A DNA stretch of 52,762 bases from Welwitschia mirabilis (GCA_051453625.1 JBOZIK010000001.1:7137011-7189772); one strand, 5' to 3'; shown: positions 39,276 through 52,372, counted from the first letter of the stretch. A program made the numbers and translations. Notes: a model not told the origin generated them from the sequence alone.

Positions 39276-39360
39276 GTTCTTTACGAGCTTAAGGCTGGAG
39301 GTGTAGATCAGAGACGTCTCGTAGGGGCAAAACTTGAAAAGCTTGCAGAGGGAGATACTG
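39276..39360 (+). CDS. TWD40-2: TWD40-2-like, exon 2
   Basis: Acceptor AACAG|, then VLYELKAGGVDQRRLVGAKLEKLAEGDT plus 1 nt. Donor G|GTATGG, phase 1. Confidence 0.93.
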
Positions 39361-40813
39361 GTATGGTTTTCTTTATAAATATAAATAAAAACAATCGGAA
39401 TGAAAGAGGACCTCGGCAATCGTTTACTTGATATTTTCTAGATATTTTTGATCTAAAGCATGAATACAAGGTCGGATAATCTGTTATCAATACAGTGCCT
39501 AAAGACTCTAAACATGACAGGGGAAAAAATACAGACTGGATCATGCACGAATCTTGTGATCTTTCTGAGTCCAGAATAAGAAACATTTTCGTTATTTTGT
39601 TTTATTAAGAGTTTCAAGTCTACAAGTTGCAATGCAAAGTTCAGGATACAAAGTTTTTCAGCAAATGCAAGCTTCAAGAGACTTATGTTAACTCATTTTT
39701 GGTTATCTTCCCAGTTATTAAGTTATGCTTACAGCGTCCAAGGTGGCTGTATTCTAAATATTTAAATCTTCCTTTGTGTATGAAATGACAAAGAATAGGA
39801 GGTATAACAATAAGCAACGACAATTTAAAGAATATGATTATCTGGCATGTCATGAAGCTAAACGTATGGGTTGAACTTTGTCATTTTCTTTAAGATTTGC
39901 ATTTTAAAGTACTGTAGGATCCGTTTCAAGACTTTCTTTGTTTTCACTTCAACATGGTATCCTTGTTTTGAAGGTAAGTTAGCTATTACTACTGATCAAG
40001 CTCACAAGGATTTTTAGCAAGTTTAACACTATGCAAAGTGCTACCAAAATTAGACATTCCTAGCCAATAAAGCAAGGTGCATATTTTTTGGACTTGTAGT
40101 GAGAAGGAGTGAAGACGTCCTGAAGGACAAGTCATGAAAATTCCATGAATTAAGTTGGATAACTTAAAACTACAAAATCATCTAATTGCTACAACTGAAA
40201 ATGCAATACCTACAACATGTACTCTATAGCTATCCATCTAAAGTTGAATAACACAGAAATGGAACATATAGAGAGAGAGAGAGCAGGAGGGAAAAACAAA
40301 AGGTATTTCACTGTCCAAATGTATTGTGGCTTAGCATATAAGGCATGTAGAAAAGCAAAAGGAAAAAATAACATAGGGTCTTAAATACAGTGGTATGCAA
40401 CGTAAAGGAAATCTGGGATTTTGCATAATGGAAATCTAAACATTGTTAAAATATTAAATAAACATTTAATGAAGAATCATGTCTTTTCAAATTTAGGATC
40501 ATATCCCTACATAAGAGCATAAGAGTCACTACAGCCAACTCAGATCAGCATACAATTCAATCAATCAACGCACTCAACAATGGAAGTACTTTACCGTTAC
40601 CTATTATAATATTATATGACTCTAATGCAGTTTTAATTGATCATTGATAATTAGGTTCATACATCCATATTCTTTCTATTTTAGATTTTGAATCTTGCAA
40701 GTTGCAAAGTTCAACATGGTACTGGAACTGGAGAGCCTCACAAGGTGGAAACTATAGAAACAGTGTGCATGCTCAAGTAAGACAAGTGATTCTCAGCTTT
40801 TGAATACCGTAAA

Positions 40814-40911
40814 TCAACTCATTTAGTAAAAAGGATCATTAGGTACATATGACTAAGAGCTGTAAGTCAACTTATGTAGTAAAGGATCATTAGGTACATA
40901 TGACCAAGAGC
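40814..40911 (+). repeat. ~53-bp period tandem duplication in intron 2
   Basis: TCAACT.AT.TAGTAAA(AA)GGATCATTAGGTACATATGAC.AAGAGC starts at 40814 and 40867. Confidence 0.9.
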
Positions 40912-41189
40912 AAAGAGATTGAACCCATTTTAGCAACTTAATGGAGAGAACATGGAAATTAAGTATGGAACAAGCCCTATAGATGCTTAAAGGCTACGAT
41001 ATTATCAAGCAGCCTATTAGTGCATATCTCAGTAATCAATCTTGAATTCTCATACATCCTCAAGTCAGAAGGATGATAAAAATGATATGTTGCATGATAG
41101 ATTACCTTACAATAGGGAAGAAAGTTGTTTACAATATCCAACAAATTAAAAAAGATCTTTGAAGTTAACAGTGGGAGAGATACTTAAGC

Positions 41190-41380
41190 GCCTTGGACCT
41201 AATTCTCAACTGTGAAAAGAAAGATGATGAACATATAACCTTATTTACTATAAGACAAGGAAGACTGCTTAATGATCTTAAATATGTTATACATGTTGGC
41301 CCTACTATAAACATTAGATTCAGATTACTTGAAGCCTCGCATCAAGGTTACAAGCACACAACATCTAAAATTATGTGATT
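41190..41380 (+). mobile_element. Possible Copia gag (UBN2-like) remnant
   Basis: NCEKKDDEHITLFTIRQGRLLNDLKY..FRLLEAS..GY resembles the gag pattern K..E.I..F..R...L.N.L....LL.SLP..Y. Confidence 0.35.
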
Positions 41381-43334
41381 CACTTCAACACTGTGATGAA
41401 AATGCCAAGTTGGAGTTAGAATGACATGAAGGGGATAAAGTTCCTCAAGACAAAATATTGTTCTTAAGAAACAAAAGAAATAGATGGTGTACATTATGTA
41501 AGGATAATACTCATGATATTAATTTTTGCAATTATAATATGAAAAGAGAGAACGATAAGAATGATAATATATATCTAGTTTACCAAGAAAGATTCTAGAG
41601 AGAAGAAAAGAAAACACATAAGAAGGATCACGAACATGGTGTCAATGAAGCGTTCAATGACAATTCAAGTAGTGTTTATGAGCCCAATGAAAGCTATGAT
41701 GGTAACTGTAACAGAGGTAGTAGTAATAGCTCCAATGAAGTTGAAAATGTATATCCAACTGTTGTTACAGACACTAAGCATAGGGAAGCTTATGAAGTAC
41801 TCCCAAATCCTCAAAGGGTCCATTTCCAAAAATTAGAATAATATTCTTTTAGTGCCAAGCTTTGGCTTGACTGCAATGACCAATTATCAGAATACAAAAA
41901 AGACGGAAATTGAACAATTATAACTTTATTTACTCCATCTTGTCTTGAAGTGGAATGATTAGTGTAAAAGAAATCTTTGCTGTCGGAAATGAATGTGTTA
42001 AGGGCAAACTTTAATAAACCAAGACCTACTTCATTATATACTGTTACACATTCCTCACACCAGTGTCATGATTACCTCTTAGTGATTTAATGCCATCTTC
42101 TATTTTTCATTAATCCATTACCTATCATTTACATCTACCATTAAAACGTTAAAGCTCTATTTCTTGCTCATGGCATTTATATTCCATATTCTATGAGCTT
42201 CAACAACCTATGTATCAGCCAGCCTCTATTAATATCCTTCTATTAGATGTCCATATCTATCCATTCACATGTCATCGTAACATTTATCTCTTTTATCTCT
42301 ATTTTTCTATTAACATTCTCCAGACCACATATTATCTTCCTAAAATTAGTAGAATTACTATGTCAATTCAGTTATGTCTTGTTTGTCATATATTTAGTAC
42401 ATTAAAAACACCTATTTTTGCCATTGTAAACCTTTTTTACCACATCACCAGTTAGAGCAGAATAACAAAGGGTAGCATGTGATTACTCATCTCTTCAACC
42501 TCTTTATCAATTGATCATATATGCTGCAATCTTTTGTGTGGCTGTCTATTTGTTAATTGAAGATCAGCCTGCTATGCATACTTCATTGTGTTTATGCATG
42601 TTTCTATTTACATTGTCTTCTCCTTTTTCCGTGGTTCTGTAGCACAGATCATTTGCAGAAGCATTATTTCATTTTGCAGATCCAGATTGCTGAAATTGCC
42701 TGAAATCATTTTCTATATCTCTTGAAGTGATGAAATCAAATGAAATAGAACACAAGATTTCTTCTGACTTGCTGAGCTATTATTCTGAACTATTATTGAA
42801 TTTTTAATTTTTGTACATTTAAGACATCATTTTAATGCAGCGCATATAAGAGGTTTAAATCTTGGTCTAGCTCTTGATAGATGTGAATGGCATACAAGAA
42901 CTCATAAAGCCAACCCCATTTAGATGTCTAAAGGCTAGGGCAAGGGGGATGATGTTAAGAAGATTATACCAGTAATTCTAGCTTTACTCCTTGAAAATAG
43001 AAAACAACTAAATCTTTGAGATTGACATTTATGCAGAAGACAATAATATAATATGTCATAAATGTTTCTTCCAAATACAACACGAAAATCACATCAACTT
43101 ATGGTGTTTCATGCCACACAATGGCTAAAACAAATAGCCAAGTACAAGTTTATGACAAAATGAAAAGCATGCAAGTAGTCCACTAGAACCTTCCCTATCT
43201 AGATCTTGGATGGAGGAAATGGAGGTTGCTCTCTTCTCTGGACACCAAATTGCAATTCAGGAATGTGACAGATGACTCCAATTAGAAAAATAAGAAATAA
43301 AAATGGAGTTTTGCCTTTTCTTTTATGTAGACGA

Positions 43335-43732
43335 TGTTAGGATGAAGTCAAATCTTTGATCATTTCCTTTGTTCATTCTTGTAGTCACACTGACTCGTGA
43401 TATGTGGTTCCCATATGTTTTATTACTTGTTGTTATTAAAAGCATTTAGAAACTGTCAATGTTGGGGCATTCTATAAGAGTTTCAATCCTAATGTTTGTT
43501 ATAAAAGGGCATGTATGTTTGATTGGGATAGTGGGATGAGAGTCTTTTGCTGCTCTGCCTAGCCACTGAGGATGACTTGTGTCCTTGACATTTCCATTCA
43601 TAACAAGGCTTTGCACTTGCATGCATGTAAGGTAGAAAGGACCCATACCAGGTAAATTTTGTGTGGGTTTTTGCTTGCTGGCTTTGTTTTCTGCTTGCTG
43701 TTTGGCTGTTTTTCCTTAGTGATTTTTCAACA
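43335..43732 (+). mobile_element. Solo-LTR-like element (~398 bp) in intron 2
   Basis: TGTTAGGATGAAGTCAAATC...TATAAAAGGG...GATTTTTCAACA, with TG..CA ends. Collinear with 51955-52372. No clean TSD. Confidence 0.6.
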
Positions 43733-45541
43733 AAGGATCATTGGCTCCCAAAATCTTCATGGATCATGATCTGGAATGAAATCACCTGGAACACAATCTG
43801 GGTAGGGTTTCTGGATCAGTAGCCACCCTGAAATGCAATCCTCATGCCATTTGGATCACATCTCCTGGAATCACAATCTGGAATCATGGACAGCACAATT
43901 CTGCCATGATCTACAAATTATTATTACTTTGTTGTTTTTGCAAAAAAGACAAACCCTTATTTATTAAGATGACTCAATGGCTCTTTGGTAATATCCAACA
44001 CTGATAAAAGCACACGGAAATACCAAATCAACACAAGAAGTATCCTTGTGACGGTAGGCTGCAGAACAAGAGAGGGAAAGCAAATTAGGGATACAAAGGC
44101 AATGATGATAAACCAAAAGGTCTCAGTTCTACAGGGGATACCCCAAGGAACTAATAAGACCAAAAGAGAAGCACAGATAACATAAACAACGCCCATGTAA
44201 TCATTGGTTTTAGCATTTGGTTCCACATTATTTGTGACTTAAAAAAAAAAGGAACAAAAAAAAAACAAGGTCATAGGCTTGGAGGTCTTCCATAATAGCT
44301 CTCTCCCAAAAATTCATGAATTCAAAATGCTCTACCACTCAGTACCATGCAATAGTTTTCCCAATTGAAGCTCTCCCATGGGAGATAATGAATCTTCTAT
44401 GTCACGACATATGCCCGAATGAAGGAGACCACTTTACCCTCAGGCATGCATCATCTTACCAACCATAATTGTCTTGTACACTTCCTGCGGTTTGTTTCCA
44501 ACTTTTTAGAACAGGGGAATTGCATCAATGCATCTCTGATAAAGAAGTGATATTGTGGCTGTTGGGCTAGTTCTTCTGCACAGATAGACTGACAACATTC
44601 ACTAAGATACTCCACCAGAACCATGCTAGCTTGTTCTATGTACCACATTCCACCCCCCAGCTTCATTTTATGCAATCACTCCAATGTCAAGTTAATGTTC
44701 TAAGTTCTTCCTAGAATCTGTAGCTTGGCACACTAGGGTCGAGGGATATCATTTCCTATTCTAAAGCTCAAAATCGTCACTCTTAATGACATCTCCATCA
44801 ATTAGTCTAAGCAGAATTGGGAATTTAAAGTCACTAGATGAACATTGGAAGTTAGGATGTTTGCTGTGGTAGGGCTAAGGGGAAGATTTGACTTGTGGGA
44901 AGGTTCCTTTTGAAGGAGTTGGAGTGGTTAGCCTTTCAATTATTGTGAAATCATGGATAATCTTGCTCTTCATTCCCTTTTGTGAAACCAAAAGAGATCA
45001 GACATCAGGGGGTAAATAAATACACTGATCTAATAGTATGAAGAATATGTTATATTCTGAACCCAAATTTATTGAGTTTGTAATGTTAGGTTTTATTGTT
45101 AACCCCTGTCATTGTAAAAGGTGATCCTTTAATAAAGTCACTTTGGGGTTGATCATAATCTTCTAAACATCATACGGAGCTTGACTTGTAATTAAAGGGA
45201 ATGGGTATAGAGTGTGCTAGGAGGTTTGGCCTCACATCTATTTAATCTTATTGTGACATTGTGATTGTGCAATGAGTTGTTTTGACGGCATTTGGCAAGG
45301 AGCGATCCCTCTTTAAGAGGTTGAGAGCTAAAGCTTGAATCCACTTTTAGCTTTGTTGTAAGCTTGTTTTGTAATAAGAGCTCTACACTGCTTTCTGATG
45401 TATGTTTCATCCAACATTCGAGGGTTTTATGATGCAAATCTGTTTGCATTTTTCCTGCTGCTGATATTTCTTAACAGAATAATGCTTTTTTATTTTGATA
45501 GTTCTCATTCTTCTTCAATTGTATATGGACTAAGTTTAACC

Positions 45542-45942
45542 TGTTGGACGTGAAGCCAAGTCTCTTGGTATGTTAGTTATTCCCTTTGTGTTGTTGCCAT
45601 TTTGTTTAAAAGCTGTAATTCCCTTCTTGTTAAATAATAATCCTTAAAAAAGGGTGTTAAAAAGGGGGAGTTAAAATTGGGGTCGTCTAGAATGTTCTGA
45701 TTGTATGTAAAATTGTGGTTTCTATCATAAAGGAAATCTATAAAAGGGGAATAGGGGCATGGTATATGGATCAATCAAGGGATAAGTGATTGGCTATTAA
45801 GGATGGCCTATGTCCTTACCCTTTTATTTGAATAAGGAAGCCCTGCATTGCTTCCTTGGTCTTTCCCCACATTGTGGTCTCCACGTTAAATCTGATGTTT
45901 TGTTGTTTGCCTTTTGTTTTTGTTCTGCCATGTTTTCTAACA
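45542..45942 (+). repeat. 5' LTR of the intronic Copia (401 bp)
   Basis: TGTTGGACGTGAAG...TTTTCTAACA, with internal TATAAAAGG; followed by the PBS. Confidence 0.95.
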
Positions 45943-48900
45943 ATTGGTATTAGAGCGAGTTTGAAGTGCTTTCCGTTCGAATATTTCGTTGAGGCATTTT
46001 TGAGAGCATGTGTAGCGCTTGAATGAAAAAATGTTGGGTTTGTTGTGGTTGTCATTCAACACTGAGATAGCTATTTTAAGTTCTTTTCATAATGGAGAGG
46101 TTGCAGATGACGGACAAGTTTGTGGGATGCAATTGGAACATTTGGTGTGTTCTGATGAGAGCTGTTTTGTTGTAGAAGGGCTGTCTAGATGCCCTTAAGC
46201 CATAGAAACCTGCTTCCATGAAAGATGAAGAATGGATAAAGATGAAGGTCAAAGCTCTATCCTATAGCGATCTATGTCTTAGTAACGACATTCTGTAGTT
46301 CATCAAACACAAGATGGAGCCTCATGAGCTTTGGTAGAGTCTAAAAGAAGGTTCAATAAAGCTTTTGGCTTAAATACTTATCACATTTATCAAAAGGTTT
46401 CCAAAGCAAAGAAAAGGCCTAAGGTTCCTTTGCAAGATTATCTAGATAAAATGATGGGTAATCTGGTTAAGTTAGAGAAATATACAATCGTTTTTCTAGA
46501 TTTGGTGAAATCTTATACTCTTCTAGATATTTTGCCAGATTCATTGTTTTTGTAGTGACTTCAATCACTACATCCATGAATATTACTTCTATGACTTTTG
46601 CACATGTTGTTTTTGCTCTTCAAGATTTTAAGGGCAGGCTAAATGAAACGTAGACATCCGAAGGCACCCTTGTCACTGAAAATAGAGGCAGGAACCAAAA
46701 ATGTGACCAAAGTAGGGGGAGATATAAGAGCAATGTAGTGTCTCGTACTAGGAATTTGGAATGCTGGTTTTGCAAAAAANNNNNNNNNNGGAATCAAAAC
46801 AAAAGGAAAAGACCAAAAAGGGAAAATTGGAAGAGTCCTCTTCTGAGGTGAGTCAAGCTAAAGAAGGTGTTAGTTTCCTTATGTATGAACCTTGTGCTTT
46901 CTTGACAGAAGGACATGGCAAGGATGTGTGGCTAATTGACACTGGTGCCTCCTCTCATATTTGCCCTAATCATCCTGTGTTTTCATCATATAATGCCGTC
47001 TCATCTAAAGTCATTGATGCTGCAAATGGAAGACCTTTGAAGATTGTGGGTATAGGCAGTGTTGTCTTACAACGACTAGGAATGCCGAAAGTCATAGTTA
47101 ATAATGTTCGTCATGTTCCAGAAGTGATGAAGAACCTAATTTTAGTACCTCAGCTTGATGGTTTGGGCCTAGCTTTCTCTAGTGGAGGAAGACATTGGAA
47201 ATTTAACGAAGGGATTCTGACTATAATGCATGGGAAAAAGGAAGGTTGTTGGTACATGTTAGAAGCAGATGCACATGGGTTGACTATTGCCATTACAGAC
47301 ACGAATGTCACTACTGCTACTATAGATTTAGAGGATGCTAATATCTGGCAGAGATGTCTTAGACACATTGGGGACTCCAGTTTAAGGGTACAACAATCTC
47401 AATCAATGATTCCTATGTTTTCACATATATCTACAAATTTATGTAAATACTGTTTGGTTGGGAAATTTAGAAGAGTTAATTTTCATCGAGATTTAGAAAA
47501 TAGAAAGAAAAGTATGTTAGAGTTGGTATATTCTTATGTATGCAGTCCAATGAATCCTGCATCTTTTGGTGGTTCTCTATATTTTTAATGTTTATTAATG
47601 ATTGTACCCGAAAGGTTTGTGTATATAGTTCAAAATCAAAATATAAAGTTTTGGTAGTGTTTTAAGTCTTTTGTTGCCAGGGTAGAAACTCAAATAGGTT
47701 GGAGGTTGAAATGCTTGCTCACGGACAATGGTGGAGAGTATACCTCCAAAGCATTTGAAATGATTTTGTAGTGACAAAGGAATATCTCACATTCGTACAC
47801 CTTCTGACAAACAATAAGAAAATGGTGTTGCTGAAATATGCAATAGAACATTGTTGGAACGTGCTAGATCTATGCTAGCTGTGGCAAGTTTATCCAAGAT
47901 TTTCTAGGCAGAAATAGTTATGACTACTACTTAGTTGGTGAATAGGTCTCCTCATTCTTCCCTTAGCAAGGAAGTCCCAAAAATTTTGTGGACTCGTAAG
48001 GATGTCTCTTATAAGCATTTAAGAATTTTTGGATGTGAGGCTTATATGCATATTCAAAAAGAAATTAGGACGAAGTTGCAGTCAAGAGCCAAACAATGCA
48101 TTTTTGTTAGCTACGGTGAGGATGCACTTTGGTTAAAGACTATGGGATCCTAAAGCCAATCACATAGTAAGGTCACATGATGTTAAATTCAGAGAGTAGG
48201 TGATGTTTTATGGTTTTCAGGATGGAAATCAGGCACATTCCGATTCTTTCTTCTCGCAATAGTCTTGTAGACTAAGAGATGAAACAAATGATGAGAAGCA
48301 AGAAGTAGAATTGGTCCCTGAGACAGAAAATGCTGATTTACAAAGTAATGAAGAATCTCCAGATGAAGAGCAAGAAGAAGAACCAAAAACACCTATTGAC
48401 ACATCTCATTGGCTAAGGCATTCTTCTGATAGGTATTCTCCTTCATTGCACTATGTTCTTTATAGTGATAGTGGAGAACTAGAAATGGTTGAAGAAGCAC
48501 TTTCTAGTGGTGATGCTGCTAAATGGAAGGCAACCAAGGAGGATGAGTGGCAATCTTTAAAAGATAATGAGATATGGAATTGGTGAATCTGCCAAAGGGA
48601 CGTAAAGCTCTCCATAGTAGGTGGATTTTTAGATTGAAAGATGAGGCAAATGGAAAGAAACATTACAAGGCGAGGTTGGTGGTGGAAGGTTATGCACAAA
48701 AGCCAGGTATTGATTTTATCAAATTTTTTCCCCTTCTTGTGAAGCATTCCTCCATTCGCATAGTTCTTTCTTTTGTCTCTTCCTTGGATTTGGAGCTAGA
48801 ATAGTTAGATATAAAGACAACCTTCTTATGTGGTGATTTGGATGGGGGAATTTACTTATACTAAGTTGATTGGTATATAGATAAGCAACATCCCAATCCA

Positions 48901-50089
48901 GTTTATCGTTTAAAGAAGAGTTTTTATGATTTGAAACAAGCCCTAAGACAATGTTATAACAAGTCTGATACATTCATGAAGAAACAATCATACTATAGGA
49001 GTTAGTTTGATCATGGTGTATAGTTCTTCTAAGTGTCTCAAATAAATTTGTTATCTTACTATTGTATGTTAATGACATGTTGATTGTAGGAAATGGTGAA
49101 GCTGAAATTAAGCATTTGAAGGCTGAAATGAGCAAGCAATTTGCTATAAAAGATTTGGGGTAAACAAAGAAAATTTGGCGATGAAAATTTCTAGGGACCC
49201 AAAGCACAAAAGAGTGTGGCTTAGCAAAAGTGATTACATTGGCTAGGTTCTTAAACATTTTAGCATGAAAGGCGCTAAATTGGTGAGCATTCGTTAGGCT
49301 CCTCATTTCAAGCTATCTAGAAGAGGTTGCCCCTATTTTCAAGAAGAAACTACAAAAATAGAGCATATTCCCTATATATCTATGGTAGGATCTCTCATTT
49401 ATGCTAGGGTATGTACTCTTCTTGACATTGCCTATGCAATAGGAGTGGTTAGCAAACATATTAGTAAGTTTGACTAGAATCATTGGCTTTTGGTAAAATG
49501 GATTCTTATATATTTCAAGAGCACACAAAGGGATTGCATATCGTTTGGCAACAAAGGGTCTTGTAGATGCTAATTTTGTAGTAGATTTGGATAGTAGGCA
49601 TTCCACCAAAGTTCATAGCTTTACATTTGGCGGAGGAGCAGTTAGTTGGTCATCACATTTTCAACCATTTGTGACACTGTCCACTATAGAGGCAGAGTAT
49701 TTGACTCTTTCAGAGGCATGTAAAGAAATGATTTGGTTGTGTAGGTTTTTCAGTTCTCTTACGTTGAAACAACAGAGGTATTATCTGTTTTGTGATAATT
49801 AAAGTGCCACACGCTTGACAAAGAATTTAGCATTTCATGCAAGGACAAAACGTATTGACATCCGATTTCATTTTGTGAGAGAAGTTCTTGAAACAGGCTG
49901 GTTGATGTACAAAAGATAAATATGAAGGAAAATGTTGCTGATGCACTTACGAAGGTAGTGGCAGTGTAGAAGACTAACTTCTGCACAGAGAAGCATGGTA
50001 TTGCAGTGATGTGAGCAAATGGAATTTGAAGCAATGCATCTTTCTTTTTTCCTCGGAGGCTCATCAAATTTGGCTTCAAATGGGAGAAT

Positions 50090-50491
50090 TGTTGGAAGTG
50101 AAGCAAATCTCTTCTTATGTTATTTATTTCCTTTGTATTGTTGCTGTTATGTTTAAAAGTTGTAATTCCCTTCTTGTTAAATAATAATTAAAAAAGGGGG
50201 AGGGGTTGTTAAAAAGGGGGAGTTAAAATTGGAGTTATCTAGAAAGTTGTGGTTGAATGTAAAATTAGGGTTTCGATCCTAAAGGAAATCTATAAAAGGA
50301 GAATAGGGGCATGAGATATGTATCAATGAAGAAATAAGCATGATTGGCTATTGAGGACAGCCTGTGTCCTTACCCTTTGATGCAAATAGGAGAGCTTTGC
50401 AGCATTGCTTCCATGAATTTTCCCCACATTGTGGTTTCCACGTTAAATTTGGTGTTTTGCTGTTTCCCTTTGGTTTCCATGTTTTGTAACA
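50090..50491 (+). repeat. 3' LTR of the intronic Copia (402 bp)
   Basis: TGTTGGAAGTGAAG...TTTTGTAACA; preceded by the PPT and followed by the TSD. Confidence 0.95.
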
Positions 50492-50846
50492 TAACCTTTT
50501 GCAAGGATGGATGCAGGCAACTTTCTGATGAAGGATTTAATACACATATGAAAAGTGATTAACTGAAATTCATAATCCTAATCCAATAAACAATGCTTTC
50601 TGTTTGAAATTTTCACTCCCTTATGCATTCACCTCTCACTTACATATGTTTATCACATCTATCACATTGATTTCTTCATCTGTTGCAGTATTTTATATTT
50701 TTCTATGCACATAAGCATAAAATCTTTAATCAGATTTGCTTTCATCCTTAACCCTATAAGCCTCTTGTATGACATTTCTTTTCTGTGGCTGTTTCTTAAC
50801 AAAAGGCTATTCTATCCTAATTCATTCGATTTGCATGAATTGGCAG

Positions 50847-50886
50847 ATTCTAAACTCAAACCTACGGAAGCTATGCGAGGAGGAAG
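50847..50886 (+). CDS. TWD40-2: TWD40-2-like, exon 3 (40 nt)
   Basis: Acceptor GGCAG|, then (D)SKLKPTEAMRGG plus AG (cf. KAKPTEAIRGGS). Donor AG|GTATGC. Phase is compatible with exons 2 and 4. Confidence 0.9.
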
Positions 50887-51014
50887 GTATGCTTCTTCTC
50901 TTAGCATGCATTTATGTTGTTAGGTCATTTTGAAAATTGACTTCCAATCTCTTCTGGAAGTATTCACATTGAAATCACACTCATATTAGCTTTACCTTGG
51001 GGACTGTGTTAAAG

Positions 51015-51263
51015 TGTTAAGCAGGTTGCGTTTTATGACGAAGATGTACGCTATTGGCAAGTCTGGCTTAATCGTGCAGCATCTTCTGAGGCTTCCTTTT
51101 CTTCAAACTATCAATTTTCTCATCTTCCTGAAATGCATGCTTCTGCGAAGGGAAGACATTTTCTTGTTATTTGCTGTGAAAACAAAGCAATATTTCTTGA
51201 TCTGGTTACAATGCGAGGCCGTGATGTGCCGAAGCAAGACCTTGATAACAGATCTCTCCTCTG
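51015..51263 (+). CDS. TWD40-2: TWD40-2-like, exon 4 (gene continues beyond the window)
   Basis: Acceptor AAAG|, then (S)VKQVAFYDEDVRYWQVWLNRAASSEA...KGRHFLVICCENKAIFLDLVTMRGRDVPKQDLDNRSLL(C). Donor TG|GTGAGT. Not in the ORF track because this frame lacks a usable start. Confidence 0.92.
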
Positions 51264-51954
51264 GTGAGTTTTTCATTAGTCTTAATTTATATTACCCTTG
51301 CCACCTGTTCCCTTGCCTTTTATTGTTAAAGGAAATAGCACAGCAATTCATCTAAATCACGATGTTATTGTACGATTTTAATTCATACATGTTTTATGTC
51401 TCTTCATACAACTTCCAGGATTGTTTCCATCTAGATTTATTTATCCTTTGCAAATGGCGGTGTTTTGTATTAAACAAGGAATGCAAGGTACTGTGGGAAC
51501 AAAAGAGAAAGAATAAACTGCAGCTTATCATGAATTTCAAAAAATGAATATATGAATGATTTCTAATTTCGAAATTTATCTCTGGCAAAATCTGACAATC
51601 AATTGAAATTTGGCTAGAGTCTAATAAACAATATGACTGTCATGATAGCAGGATTTTCTATTTAATCATATTTGCAGACTTGCATGCTCACCCGTATTGA
51701 AATCTCATTGTATTTCTTGTATTTCATCCCAACGTCTCTTTTTCCTCTTACTTTAAATTGGCAACGTAGTATTACAAAAATGAGAGTTTATGCACAGCAA
51801 TAACAAAACTTACTTTTATTTCCAGTATTTCATCCCACTGTTTCTCTTTCCTTTTTGATTAGATTGGCTATGTATTGTTGCGAAAAATCAAGGTTTGCGT
51901 GCAACCATGACAAGAACAGCACAGCATAAAGTAGCAAAAAGGGCAAGACATGCA

Positions 51955-52372
51955 TGTTAGAATGACTCAATGAAGTCAAATTTTTAATTGTCTCCTTTGT
52001 TTCTTTTTGTAATATCATTGGCTTTCTGTATATGGGTCTCATATGTCTTATTAATTGTTTGTCTCATAGAAATTCATTAAAAGCGCTCAATGTTGGTCAT
52101 CTTGTTAGGGTTTAATCATAATACTTGTTATATAAGAGGAATGTATGTCTGGTTGGGAGACATGGTTGAGGATTTTTTTTCTCATCTTGAGTGTCCATGC
52201 TAGCTATTGAGAATGGCTAATGTCCAACATTTTCATTAATAACAAAAGCTCTGCTCTGTTCGGTGGAAGTGGGTAGAAAGGGCCCAAAACATTTAAATTT
52301 GTGTGTGTTTGGTTTGCTGGTTTTGTTTTCTGTTTGCTGTTTTCCTGTGTTGTCTACTGTGATTTTTGAACA
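51955..52372 (+). mobile_element. Solo-LTR-like element (~418 bp) in intron 4
   Basis: TGTTAGAATGACTCAATGAAGTCAAAT...TATATAAGAGG...GGTAGAAAGG.CCCA...GATTTTTGAACA, collinear with 43335-43732. Confidence 0.6.

Larger units (their letters stand above)
45542..50491 (+). mobile_element. Structurally complete, decayed Ty1/Copia (Tnt1/Tork-like) LTR retrotransposon in intron 2, sense to the host gene
   Basis: 5' LTR 45542-45942 and 3' LTR 50090-50491 (TG..CA). TSD TAACC at 45537-45541 and 50492-50496. PBS TGGTATTAGAGC at 45945-45956 and PPT AAATGGGAGAAT at 50078-50089. Gag-pol ~46092-50014 has WLIDTGASSH, WQRCLRHIG, LELVYSYVCSP, YKARLVVEGYAQKPGIDF, LYVNDMLI and LSTIEAEY..FCDN, with many stops and frameshifts. 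Confidence 0.96.

Noticed and set aside
44300..45450. Possible minus-strand LINE ORF2 remnant in intron 2 (KIHYLPWES, LECWMKH)
   Set aside because: Suggestive but sparse, and the boundaries cannot be defined by eye.
46761..47588. 275-aa ORF as an intact gene
   Set aside because: It is a stop-free fragment of the decayed Copia polyprotein (protease to GAG-pre-integrase) and contains a gap.
50887..51014. Intron 3 as a U12-type intron (donor GTATGCTTC resembles GTATCCTT)
   Set aside because: Position +5 is G rather than C, and there is no CCTTAAC-type branch point near the acceptor.
51014..51355. 113-aa ORF MLSRLRFMTK...
   Set aside because: It is an alternative frame over true exon 4. The conserved TWD40-2 peptide is in another frame.
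43335..52372. The two solo-LTR-like copies as ends of one element that captured exons 3-4
   Set aside because: The outer flanks (GACGA and AGTCG) are not a TSD, and exons 3-4 are in phase and collinear with exons 1-2 of the host gene.
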